Shown piece after piece: positions 46,672-57,079 of a stretch of 64,000 nt of DNA. Position numbers and translations under genes: made by a program. The DNA lies in NCBI GenBank assembly GCA_963721805.1, contig CAVRJY010000004.1, positions 1 to 64,000 on the forward strand. Reading direction: 5' to 3'. Position 1 is the first letter of the stretch; every line of letters begins with the position of its first letter. The DNA comes from Nitrospirota bacterium (GTDB taxonomy: Bacteria > Nitrospirota > Thermodesulfovibrionia > Thermodesulfovibrionales > JdFR-86). The notes beneath the pieces were generated by a model that was not told the DNA's origin, ran no database searches, and saw nothing but the letters and a program-made list of their open reading frames with translations.

Positions 46672-48414
46672 ATGAAGACCGATCCAAAAAAATTAGTCTG
46701 GCCTGTTGCGGTAATGGCTGCAGGACTGATTCTGAGCCTGCGGCTGCTCACCGGCGGATATTTGTTTGGGCATGACATGGCGACGCACGCCTTCTGGGCC
46801 CAGCAGTTTCTGATGTCCCTGTCCTCGGGCCTCCTGCATCCGAGCTGGGTGATGGAGACCAATCTCGGGGCCGGAAGCCCGGCGTTCGTCTTCTACCCGC
46901 CGTTTATCTTCTATACCTACCCCGTCTTCGAGCTTTTCACGCACAACGTGCCATACATCATGCTTTATTCCGCGGCGCTGGCGCTCGTCTGGTCGGGGCT
47001 TGCGATGTACCTTTACGCCGGGCTTTTCATGGACAGGCCGCGCGCCTTCGTCGTCTCTCTCATATACATGGCGGCGCCTTACCACCTGCTGGATATATAC
47101 ATCCGTGCCAATATGGCCGAATTCTGGGCCTTCGCTTGGATTCCGCTCGTGTTCTATGCGGCCCACAGGGCCGCGACCGATCCGAGCACGAAGCGCACGG
47201 CATGGCTCGCTGCCGCATTTGCAGGGCTTGTCGTTACGCATATCCTCACGGCTATGCTCGTGGCGGCCTTCATAATCCCCTATATGCTCGTGTTTGCGGG
47301 ACGCGCCGGGAGGAAAACCGCCCTGCTGCATGCCGCCGCCGGCCTAGGCGCGGGCTTGCTCTTAAGCGGCGTGTATCTGATCCCCGCTATGATGGAACAA
47401 CCCTATATCCTCGTCGAAGGGGGAAAGGGCCCGTGGTATGAGGTCTACAACAACTTCATATTCTTTCAGAAGTTCGGTGACTGGTGGTTCAACATTTTCG
47501 TGGACATCACGTCCATGGCGGCGCTGGGCGTTGCCGCCATCGCGTTTGTGCGTTATTTCTCCAAAGACAAGGGCTCACGCGAATCGGCCGGGATGCGGCT
47601 GATCGGGTTTTCGGCTTTCGCGATAGCAGCCGGATTTCTGATGATGACTCCGCTTTCGACCCCGTTGTGGGCAGTGTTTGCGCCGCTTCGGAAGGTCGCG
47701 TTCCCATGGCGCATACTTTCACCCATGAGCCTGCTGGCCTCCATTGCGCTCGGCTTGCTGCTATTGCCCGAGTTCCGGCCCCAGGCCCCCGGCCGCAGGA
47801 AGGCCATGCTCGCGGCCGTCGCAGTCGTGCTCGTCATCAGCGCGGTGCTGGCCGGACGCATCGTTATCGGATACAAGGGCATCACGCCCCCGCCGGGCTT
47901 CAAGTACACGCCTGAGATGTCATACGATGAGTTCCGCCAAAACACCATGCTGTTCACTCCTGGCGACCCGGCGGTGCTGGACGACCCCTACTTCATGCCC
48001 GCGCAGACCGGCGGCAAACTCGAGATCGTGAACTCCGTGGCGAAGATGGAGGTCGAGGGCGGAAACGGGTTTTGCTTTTTCAAGAGCGGAGAAGGAGAGG
48101 CCGAGCCCATCGTATGGGACCCCGAGCACCGCATCTTCAAGGTGCACGCCGTCTCAAAAGACACGGTGGTCCTGCGCCTTTACGCGTATCCGGACTGGAA
48201 CGTGCTTGTAAACGGTCTCACGGCCACCACCCACACCGAGCGCGACGGCCTGCTCTCGGTGGATGTGCCCGAGGGGGACTCGATCGTAGAGCTCACGTTC
48301 AGGGGCGGCATATACGGCGTTATCGGGCTTTTGAGCACGCTCATTGCGGCGGCAGGCATTGTCTGGACATTAGTCAGGCGGCCGCGCAAGAAAAATACGC
48401 CCTCCGAAACTTAA
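46672..48414 (+). CDS. GT-C-type membrane protein (PTPS-related membrane domain family)
   Basis: GHD...H, GSPAFVFYPP, APYHLLDIYIRANMAE, TH, FPWR, YPDW C-terminal domain. Confidence 0.78.
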   Translation: MKTDPKKLVWPVAVMAAGLILSLRLLTGGYLFGHDMATHAFWAQQFLMSLSSGLLHPSWVMETNLGAGSPAFVFYPPFIFYTYPVFELFTHNVPYIMLYSAALALVWSGLAMYLYAGLFMDRPRAFVVSLIYMAAPYHLLDIYIRANMAEFWAFAWIPLVFYAAHRAATDPSTKRTAWLAAAFAGLVVTHILTAMLVAAFIIPYMLVFAGRAGRKTALLHAAAGLGAGLLLSGVYLIPAMMEQPYILVEGGKGPWYEVYNNFIFFQKFGDWWFNIFVDITSMAALGVAAIAFVRYFSKDKGSRESAGMRLIGFSAFAIAAGFLMMTPLSTPLWAVFAPLRKVAFPWRILSPMSLLASIALGLLLLPEFRPQAPGRRKAMLAAVAVVLVISAVLAGRIVIGYKGITPPPGFKYTPEMSYDEFRQNTMLFTPGDPAVLDDPYFMPAQTGGKLEIVNSVAKMEVEGGNGFCFFKSGEGEAEPIVWDPEHRIFKVHAVSKDTVVLRLYAYPDWNVLVNGLTATTHTERDGLLSVDVPEGDSIVELTFRGGIYGVIGLLSTLIAAAGIVWTLVRRPRKKNTPSET

Positions 48415-48441
48415 GCCCCGCCGCCTTGCATATCCCGGGGC

Positions 48442-49539
48442 CTATTCGCTTTTTTCGGGATAGCTCTGAAACAGGCGGCCCCACTTTGTCGATAGCGCCC
48501 GGTCCCTCTGGATGCGCCTGCCCTTCGTGGGCCACCACAGATAGTCGTGGTAGAAAAACGATCCGAACACGAACAGGTATACAAGCGGGGTATGGAAGAA
48601 AAAGCGCTGTAACCCCCTGAGCGGGCCGAACCATATCATGTCCCCGACGGTGCTCGCCACGTTGTCCCCGACGGGAAAGCAGAAGTTCACGCCTGAGACG
48701 TCCTCCCCGACGATATCGATCTCCTCGACCCGGCCCGTGCCGAGCCCGTCCTCGTGTGCCATGCGGATGTATGGGATGCTCATAGGGTCAAAGCCCATCA
48801 TCTTGGCGGCCACGGCGTCTATGGCCACGCTGTCGGCGCTCGCCAGCATGTAGTCCTTCTCCACCGGGAGCATAGTGCGGGGGCCCGGGCCCGAGCCGCA
48901 AAGCGTGCCGTCCATGACCGCGAAGATCCCGCTGTGGATCTCCTTTTGGATCGCGAGCAGGTCGACGAGGGTCTCGTGTATGTGGCTGTGCGTATAGTGG
49001 CGCTTGGTGTTTAGGAGCCCGCCGAAGGCGTTCTTCATAGCCCCTGTGGTGGTCGTATAGATATGGGTCTTTACGGTGGGCAGGTGTATTATGTTCCGGC
49101 CGATGAAGTACTCGGGTATCTGTATGCCCTCAGGGTATATCCTGTCCAGGACGCGCATGCGCGCCTTGGGGCGGTAGGTCACCCATTTCATCTGCTCCGG
49201 TATGAAGTTGAAGAGCTCCTCGATCCCGTATTTTTCATAGAGCGGCGTCAGGCGATTCAGAGTGCCTCCCCTGCGCGGGTCGGTGACCACGGTATTGTTG
49301 TGCACCGCGGTGATCTCGCCATATCCCATCTCGCGCAGCGCGAGTATCACGCCCTCGAGCTGCCATGGGGTCGTGTTCGCGCTCAGAAACGGGAAGTGCC
49401 ACGAGATGTTGTCTTTCAGTATCGTGGTCCGCTCCCGCGGCAGCGCGGTCCCAACGCCCGCGGCGCTCATCATGCCGCCGATGTCCTTGAGCACCGTGTC
49501 GGGATGGGTCTTGATTACCGAGACTACTGGCTTAGCCAT
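48442..49539 (-). CDS. DUF362 domain-containing protein
   Basis: LKDNISWH, NTTPWQLEG, HLPTVKTH, TGAMKNAFGG, DSVAIDAV. Confidence 0.85.
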   Translation of the reverse strand: MAKPVVSVIKTHPDTVLKDIGGMMSAAGVGTALPRERTTILKDNISWHFPFLSANTTPWQLEGVILALREMGYGEITAVHNNTVVTDPRRGGTLNRLTPLYEKYGIEELFNFIPEQMKWVTYRPKARMRVLDRIYPEGIQIPEYFIGRNIIHLPTVKTHIYTTTTGAMKNAFGGLLNTKRHYTHSHIHETLVDLLAIQKEIHSGIFAVMDGTLCGSGPGPRTMLPVEKDYMLASADSVAIDAVAAKMMGFDPMSIPYIRMAHEDGLGTGRVEEIDIVGEDVSGVNFCFPVGDNVASTVGDMIWFGPLRGLQRFFFHTPLVYLFVFGSFFYHDYLWWPTKGRRIQRDRALSTKWGRLFQSYPEKSE

Positions 49540-49553
49540 TGACGGCCCCCTCG

Positions 49554-50510
49554 CTAATGATAATAAAGCACGGCCCATACCGCGCAGCAATAAAGCAATA
49601 TGTTGATTATCATGGGCTTGTCCCCAAGGAGGATGCTCTCGGGGCTCCCGCCCTCTTTCCTGTGGTATACGAGATAGAGATACCTGTATATGCCGTACAG
49701 GACGAAAGGGATCGAGTACTTGAGCCGGTCGGTGTGGAACTTCTCGACCGTCTCGGCCGAAAAGGTGTAAAGCGCGTATACGACCACGGTGCCCGACGTG
49801 ACGACCGAGATCATCTGGTCTAATAGCAGCGCGTTATACTCGCCGTATACCGGCCGGTGGGCCTCGGCGCCGCCCTCCAGGAATACGATCTCGTGGCGGC
49901 GCTTCGTCAGCGCCAGAAAGAGCGAGAGGAAGAACGTGCAGGCCAGCAGCCATGACGAGACCGATACGCCGATCGCAACCGCACCGGCCATTACGCGGAT
50001 GAAAAAACCCGCGGCTATCGAAAACACGTCCATGATGACGACGTGCTTGAGTCTCAGGCTGTATGCGACCTGCACCGCGAGATACAGCGCCACGAGCGCC
50101 GCAAACGCGCCGTTTACCGCGTATGCGCCCGCAAGCGACGCGACGCCGAGCACCGCGCTCGCCACTGCGGCAGCCCCGGGCTGGATCATGCCCGAGGGCA
50201 GCGGCCTGTGGCGCTTATCCGGGTGGAGGCGGTCTTGTTCCATGTCCATGAGGTCGTTCATTATATAGACCGCCCCGGAGGCGAGGCAGAAGACCGCGAA
50301 CGCGGCAACTGTCGTAAGGAGGTAGCTGGGGTTTGTGATGTTTTGGGAAAACGCGATCGCCACGAAGACCGCAAGGTTCTTCGTCCACTGCCTCGGGCGC
50401 ATCAGTCTTATTACAGTGCCAATCACTCCGCGTGCGCTCCCATCGGATGCCCCGACCTCCCCTGACCGCTCTGCGAGGGCCGTCCCCGCATATTGATAAT
50501 TATAATCCAT
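49554..50510 (-). CDS. UbiA-family decaprenyl-phosphate phosphoribosyltransferase-like protein; start uncertain
   Basis: RPRQWTKN, YIMNDLMD..DRLHPDKRHRPLPSG, YSLRLKH, KRRHE, YGIYRYL. Confidence 0.88.
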   Translation of the reverse strand: MDYNYQYAGTALAERSGEVGASDGSARGVIGTVIRLMRPRQWTKNLAVFVAIAFSQNITNPSYLLTTVAAFAVFCLASGAVYIMNDLMDMEQDRLHPDKRHRPLPSGMIQPGAAAVASAVLGVASLAGAYAVNGAFAALVALYLAVQVAYSLRLKHVVIMDVFSIAAGFFIRVMAGAVAIGVSVSSWLLACTFFLSLFLALTKRRHEIVFLEGGAEAHRPVYGEYNALLLDQMISVVTSGTVVVYALYTFSAETVEKFHTDRLKYSIPFVLYGIYRYLYLVYHRKEGGSPESILLGDKPMIINILLYCCAVWAVLYYH

Positions 50511-50527
50511 TTGAGCTAAGTTATTAT

Positions 50528-51682
50528 GTGAATTTGGTTCATCACAGCAATCGCACAACCAAGGCAAGCCTCGTGCTTACGACCATAAACGACCCGGTAG
50601 TCCTTGAGCACTACCACGCGAACTTCTCGAAATACGGCCACCTCGACGAGGTCAGGGTATTTCTTATCCCGGACAAAAAAACCGCTGCCGGGGCATTCAC
50701 CCGCTGCCGGGACTTGGCCGGGCGCGGCCTCGATCTCGTATGCCCCGGGTTCGGCGAGCAGGAAGAGTTCCTGGCCCGCGTCGGGTTTCCGCCGCATCTC
50801 GTGCCATACAACTCCGACAACCGCAGGAACATAGGCTTCCTGATGGCCCTCGAGGACGGCTGCGGTTTCGTCATCTCCGTCGACGACGACAATTACCCCC
50901 GCGAGGGCGAAGACTTCTTTGCCGGCCATGCCACGGTCATGGAGGGGCCCCGCGAGGCCGAGGTGGTGAATACCGAAAGCGGCTGGTTTAACATATGCGG
51001 CCTGCTCGAACTGGACAGGCCGGGCGAGGCGTACCCGCGCGGGTTCCCCTATTTCGCCAGGCACGCCGCAGCTGAGGTCAGGCGCGAACGCTCGTTGGCC
51101 GACGTCCATATCAACGCCGGGCTCTGGCTCGGCGAGCCTGACGTGGACGCCATCAGCTGGCTGGCCGCACCGGCCCGCGCCATATCAATGAAAGGCAGCC
51201 CTGTCGTGCTCGGAAACAGGGCATGGTCTCCGGTTAACACCCAAAACACATCGCTTAAGAGGGAATGCCTCGCTGCTTACTATTACCTGAAGATGGGCTA
51301 CCCCCTTGGCGGCATGCCCATCGACCGCTATGGGGACATCTTCAGCGGCTACTTCGCTCAGGCCTGCGCGCGCCACCTCGGCGGCGCGGTCAGGGCCGGC
51401 ACGCCGCTTGCCGACCACATACGAAACAGCCACGACTACATGAAGGACGCCTCGAACGAGTGGGCCTGTATCGCGGCCTGCGAGGACATACTCGCATGGC
51501 TTCCAGAGGCCCGGCTCTCTGGAGGCACGTACGACGAGGCCTACGTCTCGCTGAGCCACGAGCTTCAGGAGGCGGTCGAGCGCTTCAGGGGCCGGATATG
51601 GACCGACGCCGCGCGCGGGTATTTTCATCAGGCCGCATTCTATATGCGCAAGTGGGCCGCGGCCTGCAGGCGTCTGGCTTAA
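50528..51682 (+). CDS. RGP/UAM (UDP-arabinopyranose mutase)-like or STELLO-like GT-A protein
   Basis: RRNIGFL, VDDDNYP, YPRGFPY, GLWLGEPDVDA, RYGDIFSG parallel the plant RGP motifs IDDD, RGYPF, GLWLNIPDYDA, RYDDMWAG as recalled. Confidence 0.72.
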   Translation: MNLVHHSNRTTKASLVLTTINDPVVLEHYHANFSKYGHLDEVRVFLIPDKKTAAGAFTRCRDLAGRGLDLVCPGFGEQEEFLARVGFPPHLVPYNSDNRRNIGFLMALEDGCGFVISVDDDNYPREGEDFFAGHATVMEGPREAEVVNTESGWFNICGLLELDRPGEAYPRGFPYFARHAAAEVRRERSLADVHINAGLWLGEPDVDAISWLAAPARAISMKGSPVVLGNRAWSPVNTQNTSLKRECLAAYYYLKMGYPLGGMPIDRYGDIFSGYFAQACARHLGGAVRAGTPLADHIRNSHDYMKDASNEWACIAACEDILAWLPEARLSGGTYDEAYVSLSHELQEAVERFRGRIWTDAARGYFHQAAFYMRKWAAACRRLA

Positions 51683-51749
51683 GGCCCATCGACGGATGAT
51701 GGCCCGCCCCCTGACCGCCAGCGCCGCACCAGGGCTGCCGTAGCCCGCC

Positions 51750-52496
51750 ATGCCCAGGAAAAAGGTCGGGATATCGATGCCGGTAGCCAACGAGGAGGCC
51801 TCCATCGGGCTTTTTCTGGATGGGCTCCTGCGCGAAAGCTCGGCCCTCGGAGAGTTCGAGTTCAAGGTCTATGTCGTCATGGACGGCTATTCCAAGGATA
51901 AGACCGCGGAGATCGCCGGGGCGATATCAAAGCAAAACCCGGCCATCGAACTTGTCTACTTCGGCGAATCCACCGGGGTGGTAAGCTGCTATATCGAGGG
52001 GTTCAGGCGCGCGCTTGCGGCCGGCTGCGACTACGTCATCGAGATGGACAGCGGCGGCAGCCATCCTCCAGTAAAACTCAGGGAGATGCTCCACGCCCTT
52101 GACGACGAGGGCTATGACGCCGCGTTCATGAGCCGCTTCATGGCGGGCGCGGGCACCAGGGGCTTCCCGCTATACAGGAGGGCGATCAGCCGCGGCGGCA
52201 CGATGCTCGCAAACCTGTGGCTCGGCATGGGCTATACCGATAGCACCGGCGGGTTTGAGGGGTTCAGGGCGGACCTGCTCAGGAGGCTCAGGTTTGAGGG
52301 CTTCATATCAACGGGCGGGATGTTTCAGACCGAGATGAAATACTACTGCCACTGCCTCGGCTGCAGGGCGAAAGAAATCCCATACGTATACGCCGCGACG
52401 AGCTCCACGTTCAAGCCCGGCTGGGTCGCGGACGCGCTCCGAATCCTGTTAAGGCTCAAGGCCAACAGGAAAAACGCCATAACCGACGCTACGTAA
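51750..52496 (+). CDS. GT2 glycosyltransferase (polyprenol-phosphate sugar synthase-like)
   Basis: PVANEE, DGYSKDKT, EMDSGGSH, SRF, DSTGGF, FQTEM, EIPY. Confidence 0.85.
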   Translation: MPRKKVGISMPVANEEASIGLFLDGLLRESSALGEFEFKVYVVMDGYSKDKTAEIAGAISKQNPAIELVYFGESTGVVSCYIEGFRRALAAGCDYVIEMDSGGSHPPVKLREMLHALDDEGYDAAFMSRFMAGAGTRGFPLYRRAISRGGTMLANLWLGMGYTDSTGGFEGFRADLLRRLRFEGFISTGGMFQTEMKYYCHCLGCRAKEIPYVYAATSSTFKPGWVADALRILLRLKANRKNAITDAT

Positions 52497-52583
52497 CGCG
52501 CCGCGCAGAAACGCCGCGCACCGCCATCTCGAGCGCCTTTTCAGGCTGACAACCCCGTCGCATTCTTAGTGTTATAATAATAA

Positions 52584-53567
52584 ATGGAGCATGTATCCGG
52601 CAGGGACTTTCCCTGGAAAGACAGGCGTGTGCTCGTGACCGGGGGCACCGGGTTTCTCGGCTCTTTCGTCGTCAATAAGCTCAGGGCCAGGGGCTGCGGC
52701 AATGTGTTCGCCCCGCGCTCGGCTGAGTATGACTTCGTCGAGATGGCTGACGTCAAGCGCGCATACAACGACCTGCGGCCTGACATGGTACTGCACCTCG
52801 CGGGCCGCGTCGGCGGCATCGGCAAGAACCGCCGCCATCCGGGCAGGTTTTTCTACGACAACATTATGATGGGCGTGCAGCTGATGGAGCAGGCGCGCGT
52901 AAGCGGCGTCGAGAAGTTCGTAGCGCTCGGGACGGTCTGCGCCTATCCGAAGTTCACGCCTGTGCCTTTCAAGGAGGACGACCTTTGGAACGGCTACCCC
53001 GAGGAGACCAACGCCCCCTATGGGCTCGCAAAAAAGATGCTCCTCGTCCAAGCCCAGGCGTACAGGCAGGAATACGGCTTCAACGCCATCTACCTCCTCC
53101 CCGTTAACCTCTACGGTCCGGGCGACAGCTTCGACCTCGAAGACTCGCACGTAATCCCGGCCCTCATAAGGAAGGCCCTCGAGGCCAAAGACAGCGGCGA
53201 GCGCGAACTCACGGTCTGGGGCAGCGGTACGGCCTCGCGAGAGTTCCTGTATGTCGAGGACTGCGCCGAGGGCATAGTGCTCGCCTCGGAGCGCTACAAC
53301 AAGCCCGATCCGGTAAACCTCGGCACCGGACGGATGGTCTCGATAAAAGACCTCGCCGAGCTTATTGTCAGGCTGACGGCATTTGAGGGCACGCTCCGCT
53401 GGGACAGCTCGCGGCCGGACGGCCAACCGCGGCGCATGCTCGACACCACGCGCGCCGAGCGCGAGTTCGGCTTCAAGTCCAGGGTCGAGTTCGAGGATGG
53501 GTTGAGAAGGACCATCGAGTGGTATAAGGCCCAGCGAGCCGCGGCGAGCGCTACCAGTCAGGCGTAA
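52584..53567 (+). CDS. fcl: GDP-L-fucose synthase-like epimerase/reductase
   Basis: [56 protein letters not shown]. Confidence 0.88.
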   Translation: MEHVSGRDFPWKDRRVLVTGGTGFLGSFVVNKLRARGCGNVFAPRSAEYDFVEMADVKRAYNDLRPDMVLHLAGRVGGIGKNRRHPGRFFYDNIMMGVQLMEQARVSGVEKFVALGTVCAYPKFTPVPFKEDDLWNGYPEETNAPYGLAKKMLLVQAQAYRQEYGFNAIYLLPVNLYGPGDSFDLEDSHVIPALIRKALEAKDSGERELTVWGSGTASREFLYVEDCAEGIVLASERYNKPDPVNLGTGRMVSIKDLAELIVRLTAFEGTLRWDSSRPDGQPRRMLDTTRAEREFGFKSRVEFEDGLRRTIEWYKAQRAAASATSQA

Positions 53568-53601
53568 GCCTGATCTGCCTCACCGCCTGATCCCTTCCAT
53601 G

Positions 53602-55845
53602 TCATACCCCGCCCAGGAGCAGCATGAGCGTGACGCCAACGCCGAAGACTATTAACACGTCCTGCAGCGCCCTTTCCCGCCGGTCCTCAAAGCGCAGCGT
53701 GACAAGGTTCTCGCCGCCCCGCGGAAGCCGCACGGCCTTAAACGCCACATTGGCGCGGTAGATGGGCGCAGGGACTCCGTTGACATAGGCCCTCCAGTCC
53801 GGATGCCATGCGTCCGCATAGTAAAGCCAGCCGCCTTCGGGGTCGGGCGCTTCGGCATTAATGACTATCTCGTTAGGCTTGTAACTCACCACCCGCGCCG
53901 CGCCCTCGCGGCCCGAGCCTTGGAGCCTGAGTGACTCCGGCACTCCGAATATGACAGGCCGCACGCCTATCGCGGGGCTCTGGTCGAGCATCGAATCGAG
54001 CTGCTCCGTGGTATCGGCGTACTCGACGCTGCCCGGCACCCTTGCCTTGGGCGCGGTGCAGCCTATGGCCGCAAGGTTGTCGGCGGCGTATGAGGGATGG
54101 TTTTCGCGTATCTTCAGGAACGCTACCATATCCTTCGTCAGGAGGTCGACCCTGAGCATCGGGACGCAGGGGTCCCACTGGACGAAGTTCAGGTCGTAGT
54201 TAAACGGCGCCCCGATCTGCAGATACGCGTATGCCGAGGTCTGCCGCCCAACGGTCAGGTCCTTCATCCTCGTCTCAGAGTAAGGATATGGGTTGGTCCT
54301 GGTCGTCTCCACTACCTGAGCTATCGTGAAGTGGTTGAGTTCGACCGAATGCTCCATTATGCCTCTGACCCTGTAGTCGACCGCTGTCTGGTATATGAAC
54401 ACCTCAAGTACCACGCAAAGGAGGAGGGAAAGCCCGGCCCTGCGGCGAAACTCGTATTTCCTGAACGCGAGGTATCCGGCCAAAAGCCCGGCGTAGACCA
54501 CCGCTGCCGTCGCGATGAAGTACCCGGCCCCGGTCTCAGGGAGCCCCTTGCTGAGCATCGCGAACACGGCTGCGTGCTCGACAGCCACAACCGCGGGCAG
54601 CGCGGCGAGCACGATGCGCCTTGACCCGGCGGAAAACTCACCCGCCCGCCCGAGGAGCCGCTGCACCCCAAAGCCGGCCATCACGGGCATGAGGACCAGG
54701 TACGTGGACGTGACGTAGCCTATGTGGCGGTAGTATTTCATAAGCGGGAACCAGTTATAGAGGGCCTCTGCAACAAAGGTCGTCTTCCCAAGCGACATGA
54801 GCCCAAGGACGACGACCGCAAACAGCAGCGCATAAAAGACGCGTCCGCGCTCACGCACGAGGGCGTAAACCATTAGGCCAAACGGAAGCAGACCGAAATA
54901 CGTGGTGGTGTCAAATATGCTGCCATAGTCCCCGGTGCCCAGCTCTATGGGCACTACCATCCCGAGGAACTTCCGAAACCCCAGACGGTCGGGGTTGGGG
55001 TAGGTCAGGAAGGTCTCGAGCACCGTGGTGCCATCGGGGTTCCGGCCTGAGCTCAGGAGCTGGGAGTCAAGCAGAGAGTCCCTCAAAAAGACGAACTCCG
55101 CCCCGAGCATCGCCACGAATACGGCAAACAGCGCCGCGCTCAGCAGCAGCTCGCTGCGCGGTATCGTCAGGAACTCGCGCCACTTGCCGCGGTAGGCGAC
55201 CAACAGCGCGGCGAACACGCAGGTCCCGGCAAGCGCGGGTATCACGGGCACGTAGGGCGTGTTGCCCTGGTATAGAAGCAGCGACGCGATGAGCCCCAGC
55301 GCCAGCCTGCTAGGCCTGCCCTCCCTGAGGAACTTGAGCATGAAATATATGACGTACGGCAGCAGGTAGGACATCCTGAAGTTCAGCATGAGCTGGCTCA
55401 GGAAGACCGTGCCGCAGATCGTCGACAGAGCTACGAACAGCACCGTCTCGCGGTCCTCAAACAGCAGGCGCGAGAGCTTGTACACGCCTATGAGCATGAC
55501 GAGCTGCTCGACGTAAAGCGCAAGGCTGAACAGCAGCAGCGTGTCGCTTACCCTGAAGACCAGCCCCACAAGCCCCATGAGCCAGGCCGCAGGGGATATG
55601 AACGAACTGAAATACCCCGACGGGAACCCGTAAAACCCAAACGGCAGCCACTGGGGTATCTCGCCATGGTAAAACACGTCATTGTAATAGAAATAGAACA
55701 TGCGGTAAAAAACTCCGCTGTCGTGGAAGGGAATGACGTACTTGAACAGCAGCGGAAGGTTGACCAGTAACAGGCAGGCCGCAAGCAGCAGAAGGTCCCG
55801 GCCGGGCTTGTCCTTTAACCTGCTGATGTCCATACGCCAGTCCAC
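53602..55845 (-). CDS. YfhO-like GT-C membrane protein
   Basis: HD loop, PQW.P...GFP, many TM segments, C-terminal YKPNEI...DAWHPDWRAYVNG...ANVAFKAV. Confidence 0.72.
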   Translation of the reverse strand: MDWRMDISRLKDKPGRDLLLLAACLLLVNLPLLFKYVIPFHDSGVFYRMFYFYYNDVFYHGEIPQWLPFGFYGFPSGYFSSFISPAAWLMGLVGLVFRVSDTLLLFSLALYVEQLVMLIGVYKLSRLLFEDRETVLFVALSTICGTVFLSQLMLNFRMSYLLPYVIYFMLKFLREGRPSRLALGLIASLLLYQGNTPYVPVIPALAGTCVFAALLVAYRGKWREFLTIPRSELLLSAALFAVFVAMLGAEFVFLRDSLLDSQLLSSGRNPDGTTVLETFLTYPNPDRLGFRKFLGMVVPIELGTGDYGSIFDTTTYFGLLPFGLMVYALVRERGRVFYALLFAVVVLGLMSLGKTTFVAEALYNWFPLMKYYRHIGYVTSTYLVLMPVMAGFGVQRLLGRAGEFSAGSRRIVLAALPAVVAVEHAAVFAMLSKGLPETGAGYFIATAAVVYAGLLAGYLAFRKYEFRRRAGLSLLLCVVLEVFIYQTAVDYRVRGIMEHSVELNHFTIAQVVETTRTNPYPYSETRMKDLTVGRQTSAYAYLQIGAPFNYDLNFVQWDPCVPMLRVDLLTKDMVAFLKIRENHPSYAADNLAAIGCTAPKARVPGSVEYADTTEQLDSMLDQSPAIGVRPVIFGVPESLRLQGSGREGAARVVSYKPNEIVINAEAPDPEGGWLYYADAWHPDWRAYVNGVPAPIYRANVAFKAVRLPRGGENLVTLRFEDRRERALQDVLIVFGVGVTLMLLLGGV

Positions 55846-55858
55846 CGGATAGTATAGC

Positions 55859-57079
55859 TCACATCATCGCTGCGCGGCCAAGCTCCACTACCGGCGCATA
55901 CAGCCACCCGGGCACAGGCATACCGCACGTTATCGGGGCCAGATACAGCCCCATAGCCACTACCGCGGCGCATAGCGCATAGCGCCACCGCGCGCTGCGC
56001 CCGGCCAGCGCCTCGCCGAGCGCATACCCCACAGCCAGATACCCCAGCGGCAGCACCGCGAGCGCCGAGTGCATGAAGACCGGCCTCTGCACCGGGATGA
56101 AGACCGCGTAAGTGAGCGCGAAGACCGCCGCGATGAGCCCGAGCTCCATCTCGCGCCCCTTGAGCGCCCTGTAGAGCATATACCCCATAGAGGGCAGCAC
56201 GAGCATCCACAGCACCGGCTGGTTCATGTAGACCACGTTTATGTCCATCCCGCCCCCGATGTCCTTGGAGACCAGCGTATATACGAGCGGGCGCGTGAAC
56301 CACTGCCACGCCGAAAGCGAGGTATGCATCATCGGGCCGAGGAAGCCGGACGTCTCGGAGTGCTGCAGCGACCAGTAAGCGTCGGACTCGAAGCGCGCGA
56401 AGTCCCAAAACCCGTATCCCCGGCCGAACCACGCGTAATAGGCCAGCAGGTAGACCCCCAGCGGGATGAGCGTGAAGGAGAGCAGCGCCTCGATATAGGC
56501 CCAGAGCCCGGCCCTGCGCCGCCAGAGCGCTATGGCGCAGTATGCCAGCAGTGCCGGGATCGCAAGCGCGTAGTACCACTTCGTGGCGAGCGCCATGCCC
56601 GCGAACGCCCCGCTGAGTGCCATGGCCCAGCGCTTGCAGTCCCTGACGTGGCGTATCGCGAAGTACAGGGCCGCGAGCATGAAAAAAGCGGCCAGCGGCT
56701 CCTCAAACGTCGTCCTCGAATGGAACATCTGAAGCGGGTCCGAGGCGAGCATCAGGGCCGCAAGCCCCCCGGCCGCCGCGCCCCACAGCCGCAGCCCGAT
56801 CAGGTATACCATCAAGACGGAGAGCCCCGCGAATATGAGGTTCCGCATCCTGCGGCCATAGGGGCCGTCGCCGAATATCTTCATGTCGAGGTACAGCAGG
56901 ATGTGCTTAAGCGGGGGGTGCTCCCAGCGGTCGTACTGCACGAACCCGCTCTGCACGTAGCTCACTGCCGCCTTCATGTGCGATGCCTCGTCCACGGGGC
57001 TGAACTCCCGACCCGCTCCCATAGCCCACAGCCCGAGCGTCAGGACGAGTGCCGCAAGCAGCGCCCAGTGCCTGTTCAT
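55859..57079 (-). CDS. PMT/ArnT-like (GT39/GT83) phospholipid-carrier glycosyltransferase
   Basis: DE motif, EHPPLK, SRT, ATKW, and a SAWQW...RP..Y C-terminal PMT-like region. Confidence 0.82.
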   Translation of the reverse strand: MNRHWALLAALVLTLGLWAMGAGREFSPVDEASHMKAAVSYVQSGFVQYDRWEHPPLKHILLYLDMKIFGDGPYGRRMRNLIFAGLSVLMVYLIGLRLWGAAAGGLAALMLASDPLQMFHSRTTFEEPLAAFFMLAALYFAIRHVRDCKRWAMALSGAFAGMALATKWYYALAIPALLAYCAIALWRRRAGLWAYIEALLSFTLIPLGVYLLAYYAWFGRGYGFWDFARFESDAYWSLQHSETSGFLGPMMHTSLSAWQWFTRPLVYTLVSKDIGGGMDINVVYMNQPVLWMLVLPSMGYMLYRALKGREMELGLIAAVFALTYAVFIPVQRPVFMHSALAVLPLGYLAVGYALGEALAGRSARWRYALCAAVVAMGLYLAPITCGMPVPGWLYAPVVELGRAAMM

